Assembly: GCA_012798695.1 (NCBI GenBank)
Contig: JAAZMR010000037.1
Span: 3,150 to 67,149, forward strand
Direction of reading: 5' to 3'
Length of the DNA stretch: 64,000 bases
DNA from: Bacillota bacterium
Lineage (GTDB): Bacteria > Bacillota > Limnochordia > DTU087
A program made the position numbers and the translations under genes. Shown in pieces: positions 10,393-19,962 of the stretch. The notes under the pieces were generated by a model. That model was not told the origin of the DNA. It was given only the letters and a program-made list of their open reading frames with translations, and ran no database searches. Within the stretch, counting starts at the first letter, position 1. Each line of letters begins with the position of its first letter.

Positions 10393-10416
10393 AAAAGCCC
10401 CGGCCAAGGCCGGGGC
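10393..10416 (-). terminator. Intrinsic terminator after hup
   Basis: GCCCCGGCC-tt-GGCCGGGGC followed by TTTT. Confidence 0.8.
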
Positions 10417-10424
10417 CCGGTTTC

Positions 10425-10700
10425 TTATCTGCCCACCGAGTCTTTGAGCAGTTTCCCTGCCCTAAAGACCGGTATGCGGCGGGCAGCTATTTCTATCTCT
10501 TTACCTGTTTGTGGGTTTCGGCCCTTGCGTGCCGCTCGCTCTCTTACCTCAAAGGTCCCAAAACCAGTTAGCTGTACCTTCTCACCACTGCTGAGTGTCT
10601 CTTGGATGGCAGAGAGTATTGCATCTACGCATGTAGCTACATCCTTCTTTGTCATGTTCGCATTTTCGGCAACCTTACTAACAAGTTCAACCTTCGTCAC
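10425..10700 (-). CDS. hup: DNA-binding protein HU
   Basis: [25 protein letters not shown] signature. Confidence 0.97.
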   Translation of the reverse strand: MTKVELVSKVAENANMTKKDVATCVDAILSAIQETLSSGEKVQLTGFGTFEVRERAARKGRNPQTGKEIEIAARRIPVFRAGKLLKDSVGR

Positions 10701-10777
10701 GGGTTCACCCCCTTCCCTATCACCCCTAGTGTCTCATGCTAAGCTGCGTCTTATAAGCACTTCGCGGCATCAGAACG

Positions 10778-10799
10778 AAAAAAAGCCCCGCAGTAGGGC
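10778..10799 (-). terminator. Intrinsic terminator after spoIVA
   Basis: GCCCT-actgc-GGGGC followed by T7. Confidence 0.65.
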
Positions 10800-10883
10800 C
10801 CATCCCCAGGATTTTGGGGTAAGCTCTATCGGGACTATGTGACCACTGAACCGGAGGATTGAAGGAAGGGTGTGCCTCTTAGC

Positions 10884-12362
10884 CTACAGGATAATACAGA
10901 TCAGACCACCACTGCCCTCGTTAATGATCCGAGTCAGCGTTTCCTGCAATTTGATTTGAGCATTATCCGGCATACGATGCAGCTTACTGTTGATTCCCTC
11001 CCGCACAAGTTCCTGCAATGGTTTGCCGAGAAAATCGGAGGACCAAACCTTAGCTGGATCCTTTTCATACTCATCTGATAGATAGCGCACTAGTTCTTCG
11101 CCCTGCTTCTCTGTACCTACAAAGGGAGTTACCTCTGTTTCGATTTCTGCTCGTACCAAGTGTATGGATGGGGCGCTGGCCTTTAGCCTCACACCGAAAT
11201 TCCGTCCTTGTCGGAACAGCTCTGGCTCATCGAAGGCGATATCCTCAGACGTGGGGTTGACGATACCGTAACCGCGAGCCCGCACACTAGCTAAAGCTTC
11301 GGCCACCTTATCGTATTCCCGCTTTGCCTGGGTGAGCTCTTTCATCAGACGTAATAGGTGATGATCACCGGTCACTTCAAAACCGGTCAGCTCCTCCATC
11401 ACCTTGTAAAACAGGCTCTTAGGTGCTTCAATATCAATGAGTGCTGCACCAGTCCCCAGATCCATACTGCTGAGGGTAACCCTATCTATGATCTCGTATT
11501 CGGCGAGCTGCTGTACAGCCACATCGATATCCCTCAGCCGTTCAATTTCGGCGAAGATATCGTAAACAGCATTGTCGTACTCCTGTCTCACCCAATAAGT
11601 GGTCGGCAGTTCGTCTACCCATTCCGAGACCCGGATACTGACTTCTCTTACCGGGAACTCGTAGAGCATCTCATGCAGAATATCCATGATATCTGTTTCG
11701 GAAAGGTGGAGACAATCAACTGACATGACGGTTACACCGTATTTCGCCTCCAATTGCTCGGCTAGCTCTTGGGTAGCCTCGGCCTCCGGATATCTCGAGT
11801 TTAGAAGCACCATAAATGGTTTCCCTTGTTCCTGCAGCTCCCGAATCACCCGTTCCTCAGCTTCTAGATATCCTTCCCGAGGAATTTCTGTAATAGAACC
11901 ATCTGTTAGGACGACTAGACCCAAGGTTGAATGCTCAGCAATAACCTTTCTGGTTCCAATCTCAGCCGCTTCCTGAAATGATATCTCTTCCTCCATCCAG
12001 GGAGTCCTTACCATGCGGGGACCCATTTCATCCATGTACCCTAAAGCACCGTCGACAGCATAGCCCACACAGTCTACCAAGCGAATGCGGAAACCGACAC
12101 TGTCATTTAGACTAAGCTCTACCGGCTCATCGGGCACAAACTTGGGTTCAGTGGTCATGATGGTTTTTCCAGACCCACTTTGCGGCAGCTCATCCCGGGT
12201 ACGTGCTAGAGCGTGTTCATCCTGAATCCTAGGCATCACCATCAGATCCATAAAACGTTTTATGAATGTGGATTTGCCAGTCCGCACCGGACCAACAACC
12301 CCGACATAGATACTGCCGCCTGTACGTTCGGCCATATCCTTAAATATATCGAATTTTTCCAC
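10884..12362 (-). CDS. spoIVA: Stage IV sporulation protein A
   Basis: RTGGSIYVGVVGPVRTGKSTFIKRFM start, LPQSGSGKTIMTTEPKF, C-terminal EGSGGLICIIL; 492 aa. Confidence 0.98.
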   Translation of the reverse strand: MEKFDIFKDMAERTGGSIYVGVVGPVRTGKSTFIKRFMDLMVMPRIQDEHALARTRDELPQSGSGKTIMTTEPKFVPDEPVELSLNDSVGFRIRLVDCVGYAVDGALGYMDEMGPRMVRTPWMEEEISFQEAAEIGTRKVIAEHSTLGLVVLTDGSITEIPREGYLEAEERVIRELQEQGKPFMVLLNSRYPEAEATQELAEQLEAKYGVTVMSVDCLHLSETDIMDILHEMLYEFPVREVSIRVSEWVDELPTTYWVRQEYDNAVYDIFAEIERLRDIDVAVQQLAEYEIIDRVTLSSMDLGTGAALIDIEAPKSLFYKVMEELTGFEVTGDHHLLRLMKELTQAKREYDKVAEALASVRARGYGIVNPTSEDIAFDEPELFRQGRNFGVRLKASAPSIHLVRAEIETEVTPFVGTEKQGEELVRYLSDEYEKDPAKVWSSDFLGKPLQELVREGINSKLHRMPDNAQIKLQETLTRIINEGSGGLICIIL

Positions 12363-12465
12363 CGATGACTTCCCTCCCTCATCTCACCAGTTTCCGGTTT
12401 CGCGCCCACTGATCTACTCCAACACCACTGCCATGCAGATCACATCAGGGCACGATCACAATATT

Positions 12466-12492
12466 ACTATATTAGGCCCTTACTGTAATTAT
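12466..12492 (-). promoter_or_regulatory. sigmaE-like promoter candidate for spoIVA
   Basis: ATA-N16-AATATAGT versus ATA-N16/18-CATAnnnT; spoIVA is sigmaE-dependent in B. subtilis. Confidence 0.4.
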
Positions 12493-12618
12493 TACACCCG
12501 ATGAAAGTGAAGAGACTCATCTTGGTAGTCGTCGCTTAGAGCGTTTCCCAAGATAAGAGCCGTCTGATGGCAAACTACCAAAGTGAGCCCACCGGAGGTG
12601 AAAGTGAGGGAAGCTTGA

Positions 12619-13227
12619 TTACCGCAAATCTGTTTTTTCAGCCTTCTCCCCTATCTTATGCTCTGTACCCGATAACAGCCGCTGAATATTGGTGCGGTGT
12701 CGATAGATAGCAAAAACGGAAATGACAATACCCGCCAGTATATATGTTGTTGAGGCCCGAGATATGATTAGAAAGATGGGAAAGAGGACTGCGGCAGCTA
12801 GAGAAGCTAGAGATATATAGCGAGTAATACCCACCATGATGATCCAAAGCCCCAATAGGATCAAAGCGATGGCTGGTGTTAGGCTAATCACTGCACCGAG
12901 GCTGGTGGCAATCCCTTTACCACCTTTGAACTTGAGATAAATAGGCCAGTTATGTCCAGCAATGGCAGCAACTCCGGCCATGATCTTGGTAAATTCAGCA
13001 CCGGCCAAAGAACCAAGATATACAGCCACAGCTCCTTTACCCACATCCAAAGCAAACACAACGATAGCAGCCGCGGGACCCACTGTCCTGAGGACATTGG
13101 ATGTGCCGATATTACCACTGCCAAATTCTCTTACATCAAGATTCGCCCAGATCTTGCCGATAATCAAACCAAAGGGGATAGAACCAATCAGATAAGAGGC
13201 CAGTATGGCCAAGACCGCTCCTAACAT
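12619..13227 (-). CDS. plsY: Glycerol-3-phosphate acyltransferase PlsY
   Basis: YLIGSIPFG, GSGNIGTSNVLR, DVGKG, GHNWPIYLKFKGGKGIAT, HRTNIQRL motifs. Confidence 0.96.
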   Translation of the reverse strand: MLGAVLAILASYLIGSIPFGLIIGKIWANLDVREFGSGNIGTSNVLRTVGPAAAIVVFALDVGKGAVAVYLGSLAGAEFTKIMAGVAAIAGHNWPIYLKFKGGKGIATSLGAVISLTPAIALILLGLWIIMVGITRYISLASLAAAVLFPIFLIISRASTTYILAGIVISVFAIYRHRTNIQRLLSGTEHKIGEKAEKTDLR

Positions 13228-13308
13228 AGATACTAGCTCCTCTCTTGGTGGTATCGCTGATTCAATTTGATGCTAAACCGCTCCCTGCCATATCTACGCC
13301 CTCCCAAC

Positions 13309-14622
13309 TCAATTCCGTTTCCGCACCTTAAACCATATGGGTGTACCATAGAAGCCAAAAGCCTCTCGCAGCCTGTTTTCGAGGTAACGTCGGTAGGAGA
13401 AATGCAGCAGCTCCGGAGCATTGACGAACAAGGCAAAGACCGGAGGCTGCACACTCAACTGATTTATGTAAAAGACCTTCAGTGGTTTGCCCTTGTCACT
13501 AGGGGGTTGATTTAAATGGATCGCCTCTTGCAGTACTTCATTAAGTCGGCCAGTACTGATTCGCAAGCTATGTTGGTCAGCAACATATTTGATCACATCC
13601 ATAAGTTCCGGAAGCCGCTGCCCAGTTAAGGCTGAGACAAATACGATAGGAGCATACTCCACAAAACTGAGTTCGTGGCGAATATCCTGTTCATAGGTTC
13701 GCATAGTGTTGGCATCCTTTTTAACCAGGTCCCATTTATTGACAACGAGGATCAGAGCCTTGCCCTGCTCGTGTGCATAGCCAACCACTTTCTTGTCCTG
13801 TTCTGTTACACCATCTACGGCATCCAAGACAGCTAAAGTGACTTCACTGCGATCAACCGCTCTCAGGGCCCGGATCACGCTGTAGCGTTCTATGTTCCAT
13901 TCTATCCGTTTGCGGCGCCGCATGCCCGCGGTATCAACTATTACAAAACGCTGACCTTGCCACTCAAATAAGGTGTCAACAGCATCTCGAGTGGTCCCCG
14001 GTATATCTGTAACTATGCTCCGTTCTGTACCGCTTAGAGCATTAACCAGTGAAGACTTGCCCACATTGGGTCGACCAATCACTGCAACGCGAATAATATC
14101 CTCTTCATACTCTTCATGATCATTTGGCGGGAAATGAGAGATCATCCTATCCAGAAGATCCCCGACATTGCGGTTATGCTCAGCTGCTATCCCAATGGGA
14201 TCCCCCAAACCCAACTGGTAAAACTCATAGATGGCCGCTTCGAGAGCGTGGTGATCTACTTTATTTGCTGTCACAATCACTGGCTTACTGCTTCGCCGCA
14301 ACAGGTTGGCGATTTCCTGATCATCTGCCGTAATGCCGGTCCTGGCATCCACCACAAATATGATCACATCCGCTTCATCAATGGCGATCTCCGCTTGGCG
14401 ACGCACTTCCACCACTATATCATCAGTATCATCAAAATCGATACCGCCTGTATCAATCAAGATAAATGATCGAGTTAGCCACTGACTCTCAGCATAGATT
14501 CGATCACGGGTGACACCCGGCTCCCCTTCCACAATAGCCAAACGCCCACCAACAATACGGTTAAATAAGGCGGATTTCCCCACATTAGGCCTTCCTACTA
14601 TGGCCACTACCGGTTTCCCCAT
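13309..14622 (-). CDS. der: Ribosome biogenesis GTPase Der (EngA)
   Basis: Two GTPase domains (GRPNVGKS x2, DTGG/DTAG, NKVD/NKWD) and a C-terminal KH-like domain. Confidence 0.97.
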   Translation of the reverse strand: MGKPVVAIVGRPNVGKSALFNRIVGGRLAIVEGEPGVTRDRIYAESQWLTRSFILIDTGGIDFDDTDDIVVEVRRQAEIAIDEADVIIFVVDARTGITADDQEIANLLRRSSKPVIVTANKVDHHALEAAIYEFYQLGLGDPIGIAAEHNRNVGDLLDRMISHFPPNDHEEYEEDIIRVAVIGRPNVGKSSLVNALSGTERSIVTDIPGTTRDAVDTLFEWQGQRFVIVDTAGMRRRKRIEWNIERYSVIRALRAVDRSEVTLAVLDAVDGVTEQDKKVVGYAHEQGKALILVVNKWDLVKKDANTMRTYEQDIRHELSFVEYAPIVFVSALTGQRLPELMDVIKYVADQHSLRISTGRLNEVLQEAIHLNQPPSDKGKPLKVFYINQLSVQPPVFALFVNAPELLHFSYRRYLENRLREAFGFYGTPIWFKVRKRN

Positions 14623-15917
14623 GGTTCGATCACCCTTTCCACCAATTCCCGTGCCCCAGCTGCAGGGACCACCGGTACCTGCAGTATCTCCGAAACCTCA
14701 TCCAGCGAGTAATCGTCAAGAAAGCGGTCCCCATCTTTCAAGCAAACAGCGGGAAGCAACAGTATGTCTCCTAACGGTTGGTCTGCCAGAGTCGAGATCA
14801 GATCTATCCCAGTAATCAACCCACTGACCGTAATCTGGGGGCCGAAAAAAGAGTTAGGGACTACATAAACTGATAGGTCCAAGTTTCCTAGCCGTCTTAG
14901 TTGCTTTACGGGCTGTCGCAGCACCTTTTCCCCCAGCACACTTGTAGCAATAGAAATCTGACGGGGGTGAGAAAGATGAGCCGGAGCCTGCTTCATTGCC
15001 AACGCGAAGTCCCGAGCAAAAATAGCTGATAGCCCTACCCCATTCTCTAATTGAGGAAAATCCTCATAGTGATCAAATCTCGGCAGCGGCTCCTCGGCCA
15101 GCAGATAGAACTCATCGGCTAACCAGACGAATCTAGTGTCGATTCTTTTGAGAAAATGTAGCTGCCAATCATCGATTTCTTTGATCAGGTCTTTGGCTTT
15201 AGCAGGCGTTATCGTTTCTAGGGGTGCCAAGTCCTCACGGAACCTAGTCAGACCCACAGGCACGATGGCGACTGACCTGGCCTGTGGCCACAGGGCCCCC
15301 AGATCCTCAATGGTTTGGGTGAGAACAGTGCCATCATTAATTCCCGGACAAAGTACTATTTGGCAATGGAACGCAATACCCCAACCGGCTAGGCGCTGCA
15401 GATGCTCTCGGATCGCACCCGCCTCAGGGCTAGACATCAGCTGTTGCCTAATTTCTGGATCGGTAGCGTGCACAGAGATGTAAAGAGGGCTCAAATGGAG
15501 GCGTCTAATAGTATCCCAATCCGCTTCCTGCAAGTTGGTGAGAGTGATGAAATTCCCATAGAGAAAAGAGAGTCGAAAGTCATCATCTTTAACATAGAGA
15601 GTCGACCGCATACCACCTGGCATTTGATCAACAAAGCAGAATTGACATCGGTTACGGCATCGCCGTGTCTCATCAAAAAGCTCCTGGGAGAACTCTAACC
15701 CTATGTCTTCATCTTCGTCTTTCTCTATCTCATAAATCAGCTGTTCTCCACTCGCTTTTCTGACTAGTAGAGTCACCAGCGACTCTGTTGCATAAAACCG
15801 GTAAACCAACAAATCTGTGAGTGGATACCCGTTGATCTCCATCACTTGGTCTCCTGCGGTGATGCCGATTTCCGCAGCAATGCTGCCCTGCCGAATACCG
15901 GCAATAATTGCCCCCAT
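14607..15917 (-). CDS. DUF512 / PDZ-radical-SAM-like protein
   Basis: N-terminal PDZ-like segment, CRNRCQFCFVDQMP, YVKDDDFRLSF, QLENGVG. Start moved to ATG 15917 (SD GGAGG). Confidence 0.85.
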   Translation of the reverse strand: MGAIIAGIRQGSIAAEIGITAGDQVMEINGYPLTDLLVYRFYATESLVTLLVRKASGEQLIYEIEKDEDEDIGLEFSQELFDETRRCRNRCQFCFVDQMPGGMRSTLYVKDDDFRLSFLYGNFITLTNLQEADWDTIRRLHLSPLYISVHATDPEIRQQLMSSPEAGAIREHLQRLAGWGIAFHCQIVLCPGINDGTVLTQTIEDLGALWPQARSVAIVPVGLTRFREDLAPLETITPAKAKDLIKEIDDWQLHFLKRIDTRFVWLADEFYLLAEEPLPRFDHYEDFPQLENGVGLSAIFARDFALAMKQAPAHLSHPRQISIATSVLGEKVLRQPVKQLRRLGNLDLSVYVVPNSFFGPQITVSGLITGIDLISTLADQPLGDILLLPAVCLKDGDRFLDDYSLDEVSEILQVPVVPAAGARELVERVIEPWGNR

Positions 15918-15982
15918 CTTGTGCTGCCTCCAAATACCGTGATCACTGTATCCTGCAGGAGTAAGATTCCACACTAGGCTCA

Positions 15983-16486
15983 TTATTCCTGGTTGGTAGG
16001 GAAAGATACTGGACTGCGCGTACCCATGACACTTCGACAGTGTGCCTTGGTGGCTCTCACTATTTTGGTCAGTTGCGGATATGCCCGTCGGGCACCTCTG
16101 GCCACTAGAGGCCTGCCTAATGAAACTAAACCGAGGCGTCGCGAAAGGAAACCACCGATGCGCATTTGCCAGTTTACAGCCCTAAGGGTATTGACAAATA
16201 ATACTTGGCGGGGATCACCCCCCGCCAACATATACCCAGACTTGATAGCTTGCTGGATGAATCTTTCGTCACTCCCCCGGCCCAGTACGTATATGCGGTT
16301 GCCATCCTCATCGATACCAACCGGAAATACTCGGCCCCGGTCTTCATTATCAATTATGTCAAAATACAGTAGGCCTTCTATAGCCTTAGTAGAAGGTAGA
16401 GGCGCACCCACAAGTCTATTCAGGTGAATGGCGGCTGCCATAGGTGAGGAGTGGGCTCCACCATAACAAGTGTAGATAATCAGCAT
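15983..16486 (-). CDS. DUF3189 family protein
   Basis: IIYTCYGGAHSS...AAAIH start and MRIGGFLSRRLG are typical of DUF3189. Confidence 0.8.
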   Translation of the reverse strand: MLIIYTCYGGAHSSPMAAAIHLNRLVGAPLPSTKAIEGLLYFDIIDNEDRGRVFPVGIDEDGNRIYVLGRGSDERFIQQAIKSGYMLAGGDPRQVLFVNTLRAVNWQMRIGGFLSRRLGLVSLGRPLVARGARRAYPQLTKIVRATKAHCRSVMGTRSPVSFPTNQE

Positions 16487-16494
16487 AACGACTC

Positions 16495-16704
16495 CTAATG
16501 CCTGACAACTATATATACGCCATTGTCGAGTTGATGCACCATCCCGCGGGTAACACGGCTGAGATCTAGTGCCAACTTCTCCTTCTCACCGGCACTACCG
16601 GCATAGAAAATGGGCGCTCCGCCACCGGCCAAAGTTCTATCTTCGGTCACAACAGCAATAATATCTTCTCGCAAAACTTCTCTCAAATTTGCTTCCCTCC
16701 CCAT
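16495..16704 (-). CDS. Small YIEGIA-associated ('capping complex subunit') protein
   Basis: 69 aa with ILA/IIAVVT...GGGAPIF...HQLDNGVYIVVRH pattern, directly downstream of the YIEGIA gene. Confidence 0.75.
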   Translation of the reverse strand: MGREANLREVLREDIIAVVTEDRTLAGGGAPIFYAGSAGEKEKLALDLSRVTRGMVHQLDNGVYIVVRH

Positions 16705-16711
16705 GGCCCCT

Positions 16712-17632
16712 CTATTCTCGATGGGTGTCTGCCAAGCGACCGGCCCGTGCTGCCAGCGGCTTGCGCACTGATGCCTCCAAGACCGGAGTTCTTCGTATTG
16801 CTTCTAATAATGCTGCACAGTTCTGCTCCGCAGGCACTATCGCCATACCCAGTGCGCCGGTAACGGGATGACGCCGCAATAGTGGAACGAACTCTGGCTC
16901 ACCTACATCCATTTGTATCCCTAGTAGAGATGCTGCGTCGTGCAAGATGGCCTGCCGTTGACCAAGATTGGCCAGAGTGGCCTTGCTGTCTGGGTCTTTG
17001 GGCTCTAGCACAACACCTATGCCCTCTTGCAGTATACGCGCACGGGCTGCTTCTAGCCCCACATTCATGATCATGATGTCATCTACCATCAATAAGGGTC
17101 CGTCAAAGTGAATCTTTGCCGCCCGCACATTGGCTAGCTCTCCCACCCTAGACCCCAACATCATCTGGTTGAGCAACAATATGGCTCCCAAACCACCCAC
17201 GATACCGGCTAGTAACGCCACAGTCAACGACCAATATCTACACACGCCCAACATGATCATGCTAGTAAGTAGGGATGTGCCTCCGGCTAGATAATTTCGG
17301 GCTTCAAAGACGCGGGCTATGCCTTCTATATAGGCATTCCCGCGTGGAATAAGTTCTGTGGGCTCCAGGTTCTCCAGCGTTTCCCGCTCGATTTTGCGAA
17401 CTTCCCGAAACTGAGTGGCAGCCAAGGCCAGAAACGTGGCCGCCGCGTAATCCTTCGCCAACAAAGCCGGTAATGCTACTGCTCCCAACAGACTAGCTAT
17501 CAAGCCTAAAGATAGGTGAATGACATATCCTTGGGGATAGCTAGGATACTGACGGTAATCAGTCCGCAGCATATAGAGCCTGGCCAGAAACCCCATAGCA
17601 GATGCGGCCGCCACACTGGCGATTGCTTTCAC
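16712..17632 (-). CDS. YIEGIA family membrane protein
   Basis: Literal YIEGIA motif, DYRQYPSYP, FEARNY. Confidence 0.92.
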   Translation of the reverse strand: MKAIASVAAASAMGFLARLYMLRTDYRQYPSYPQGYVIHLSLGLIASLLGAVALPALLAKDYAAATFLALAATQFREVRKIERETLENLEPTELIPRGNAYIEGIARVFEARNYLAGGTSLLTSMIMLGVCRYWSLTVALLAGIVGGLGAILLLNQMMLGSRVGELANVRAAKIHFDGPLLMVDDIMIMNVGLEAARARILQEGIGVVLEPKDPDSKATLANLGQRQAILHDAASLLGIQMDVGEPEFVPLLRRHPVTGALGMAIVPAEQNCAALLEAIRRTPVLEASVRKPLAARAGRLADTHRE

Positions 17633-17699
17633 TTTCTCACCTCGCTCGCTTGCTAGGTCACGCTGAGCCAGGGTGGTTGCTTACGGGCTGAAGGCCCAA

Positions 17700-18920
17700 T
17701 TAATCTGTTTTTTCATCGCTATCTTGCTCCGTATCTTTGTTCACGGTCTCCTCAGAGGTCTGATCCGGTATGCGCCTTTTGCCCCGCACTCCCAAAGCAC
17801 TCGCGAATTCCCGCCCAAAGAAATTGCGAATACCTTGCCAGCCAATGGCATTGACTACTACTACCGCGATGGCGGCGGCTGCTACCAAAGCAACAATCCA
17901 GAGTACTGATCTAATCCCAGAGGCCCCCATAGGCCTTGTAGACGCGGCTGCAGCCGCCGGCAATACATCGGAAATCAAATCGGCCGCCTTTTCCGCCATG
18001 CCTAGACTAGTCTCATGGGTGCCAAATTCCAAGAGCATGGAGCGAGGCGCCAGATCTTGGTTGTAGTTACCTTTAGCATTGAAGATGCCTTTTACCAAAC
18101 CCGGATATTGTTTGTCAGCCTCGTCCTTCAGTGTCTGGGCAAACTGCAGGTTGGCATCACGATTTTGGTTTTGCCTTCCCACCACTAGCTGTATCTTGGA
18201 TAGTTGATCACCCTCGATTGTTGCTCGATATTCGCTCTCTGGGACAGCATCTCGGTGCACATCTAGAATCACCAGCGGCCGCTCTCTCAACAGTCGTGTG
18301 GCAGTACGCCTCGATCTCACATAGGCCTGTGAATCATGAGGATTGTGGTTGTCGTAAGCAAGATCTACCGTAAATCCTCGCTTCTCAAATTCCTTTTTTA
18401 GAGTATCACCTACTTTGTATACATCTCCCCAATCTTTCGAAGATGTGCCACTGGTCGGTATATACGATTCATCGCTGTGGGTGCAATAAACGGCAATGCG
18501 TCTAGAGGGAGATCCGGTCACCCGAGCTAGCAAGCTCTGCAGCCAAGGGCGCCGTGTTAACCCTACCACCCTTCCTGCCTGCCCCCGAAGGTCAGCGGTT
18601 TTTACCATGTTCTGGCCGATACATTTTACATAGACTTGATCATCTTCAAGCTTGGTCACTTCGTAACAGCGATTGTCACCATCAATGTACGAATCCCCGA
18701 TATCGAGAATCCGCGCTGCCTTGGTGACCACATTACCCGTATCCTCATCGATCAATGTATAATACCCACCATCAGTTCTTTCGAATAGGCCAACAATTCC
18801 CTCGGGAAGGATTTCGCTAGCTCTTGCCCTGGGGTTCGCCGCCCACAGCAAACCAATTCCTATGAGAAGAACCGCTAAAAATAGGTGCAGCAAGCGGCCT
18901 GACGAGTTCCTATCTATCAT
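17700..18920 (-). CDS. spoIIP: Stage II sporulation protein P (engulfment autolysin)
   Basis: YCTHSDESY, HNPHDSQAYVRSRRT, LDVHRDA, YNQDLAPRSMLLEFG. Start moved to ATG 18920 (SD GAGGAGG). Confidence 0.92.
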   Translation of the reverse strand: MIDRNSSGRLLHLFLAVLLIGIGLLWAANPRARASEILPEGIVGLFERTDGGYYTLIDEDTGNVVTKAARILDIGDSYIDGDNRCYEVTKLEDDQVYVKCIGQNMVKTADLRGQAGRVVGLTRRPWLQSLLARVTGSPSRRIAVYCTHSDESYIPTSGTSSKDWGDVYKVGDTLKKEFEKRGFTVDLAYDNHNPHDSQAYVRSRRTATRLLRERPLVILDVHRDAVPESEYRATIEGDQLSKIQLVVGRQNQNRDANLQFAQTLKDEADKQYPGLVKGIFNAKGNYNQDLAPRSMLLEFGTHETSLGMAEKAADLISDVLPAAAAASTRPMGASGIRSVLWIVALVAAAAIAVVVVNAIGWQGIRNFFGREFASALGVRGKRRIPDQTSEETVNKDTEQDSDEKTD

Positions 18921-19815
18921 CTGTGCCTTCCTCCTCACCAGCAGCATTGGCAATTGCTGGGTCTACATAATCCGCGGGGCCCCATGTCGCAAGCTCACCG
19001 GTCTCCTCGACCCGCAAGATATGTTGGCGCCTAGAAGTGCCGGCATCGCTAGGTAGTGCCAAGTCCTCCCCTGTTATGCCCAAAGCACCGACATCAATCG
19101 GGGGCTCTTCCTGCTTGTCTTGACCTTCACCGTCGAATTCATGGATCAAGAACTCTTCATTATCCAAGGCTTTTGGCCGTGTCTCGTCATGAACCGGGCC
19201 GCCTCCCAGCCTTTCTCGGCTTTCACCAATTACCTCAGCCAGGATTACAGCGACTAACCCAGCTAGAATTGTAGCATCGAAAGCTCCGGCACCACCAATG
19301 GCCACAGTAGTCGCCATGCCTTTAGCTAATGCAATACCCATGTGAATCAGATCTGATACCATGATTCCCAAAGTCCCGGCGATAAAGGCGCTACGCCGCG
19401 ATCTTCCCGCTAGGTAGCCGGCAATCCCCGCAATCAAGCTATAGCTCCATATGGGATCAAGCCACTGCTCTGCTGGTTCCCTGTAACCCACCAGCTGGGC
19501 AAAGCCCCAGATGACAATACCAGTAGCTACCCCAGCCACCAACCCCCTCCATTTTTCTACCGCCGAATCTGCGCGGCTGATCAGCCAGAAAACCAGCACC
19601 AAGGGTATCACCGCACCACCCACATTCACCGAGATAGCTACTGGGCCTCGGGAAATGGGAATGTCGACAAAGCTCCCGGCAATGATCAGACCGATGAAGA
19701 TGAAAGCCTGGCTATCGGTAAGGTTCATCCTATCTAGGACCCGCTGTGCCAGACCAAAGTAGACCAGGCCCGCCGTGACGAGCAAAAGGATTAACCCAAG
19801 AGGCAAGACAACCAC
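18910..19815 (-). CDS. DUF1614 family membrane protein with acidic C-terminal tail
   Basis: LDRMNLTD, NVGGAVIP, GRSRRSAFIAG, IGGAGAFD motifs. Confidence 0.82.
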   Translation of the reverse strand: MVVLPLGLILLLVTAGLVYFGLAQRVLDRMNLTDSQAFIFIGLIIAGSFVDIPISRGPVAISVNVGGAVIPLVLVFWLISRADSAVEKWRGLVAGVATGIVIWGFAQLVGYREPAEQWLDPIWSYSLIAGIAGYLAGRSRRSAFIAGTLGIMVSDLIHMGIALAKGMATTVAIGGAGAFDATILAGLVAVILAEVIGESRERLGGGPVHDETRPKALDNEEFLIHEFDGEGQDKQEEPPIDVGALGITGEDLALPSDAGTSRRQHILRVEETGELATWGPADYVDPAIANAAGEEEGTDDR

Positions 19816-19851
19816 TCCTTTACATGGGGACTACTGGTTCTGATTCACAGA

Positions 19852-19881
19852 TAGTTTTCCCGGGCGCTCCCTGCCTTATGC
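19852..19881 (-). promoter_or_regulatory. sigmaF-type promoter upstream of DUF1614-spoIIP
   Basis: GCATA-N15-GGGAAAACTA, an exact fit to GYATA-N15-GGnnAnAHTR. Confidence 0.7.
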
Positions 19882-19886
19882 GGACG

Positions 19887-19911
19887 AAAAAAGCAGGCCT
19901 ATAGGCCTGCT
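19887..19911 (-). terminator. Intrinsic terminator after ispH-rpsA
   Basis: Perfect 20-bp palindrome AGCAGGCCTATAGGCCTGCT followed by a T-tract. Confidence 0.85.
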
Positions 19912-19962
19912 AATTCCTGCTAGATGAAATTGCCGTAGGGTTAATCCAGTTAGAAGCGGCTC

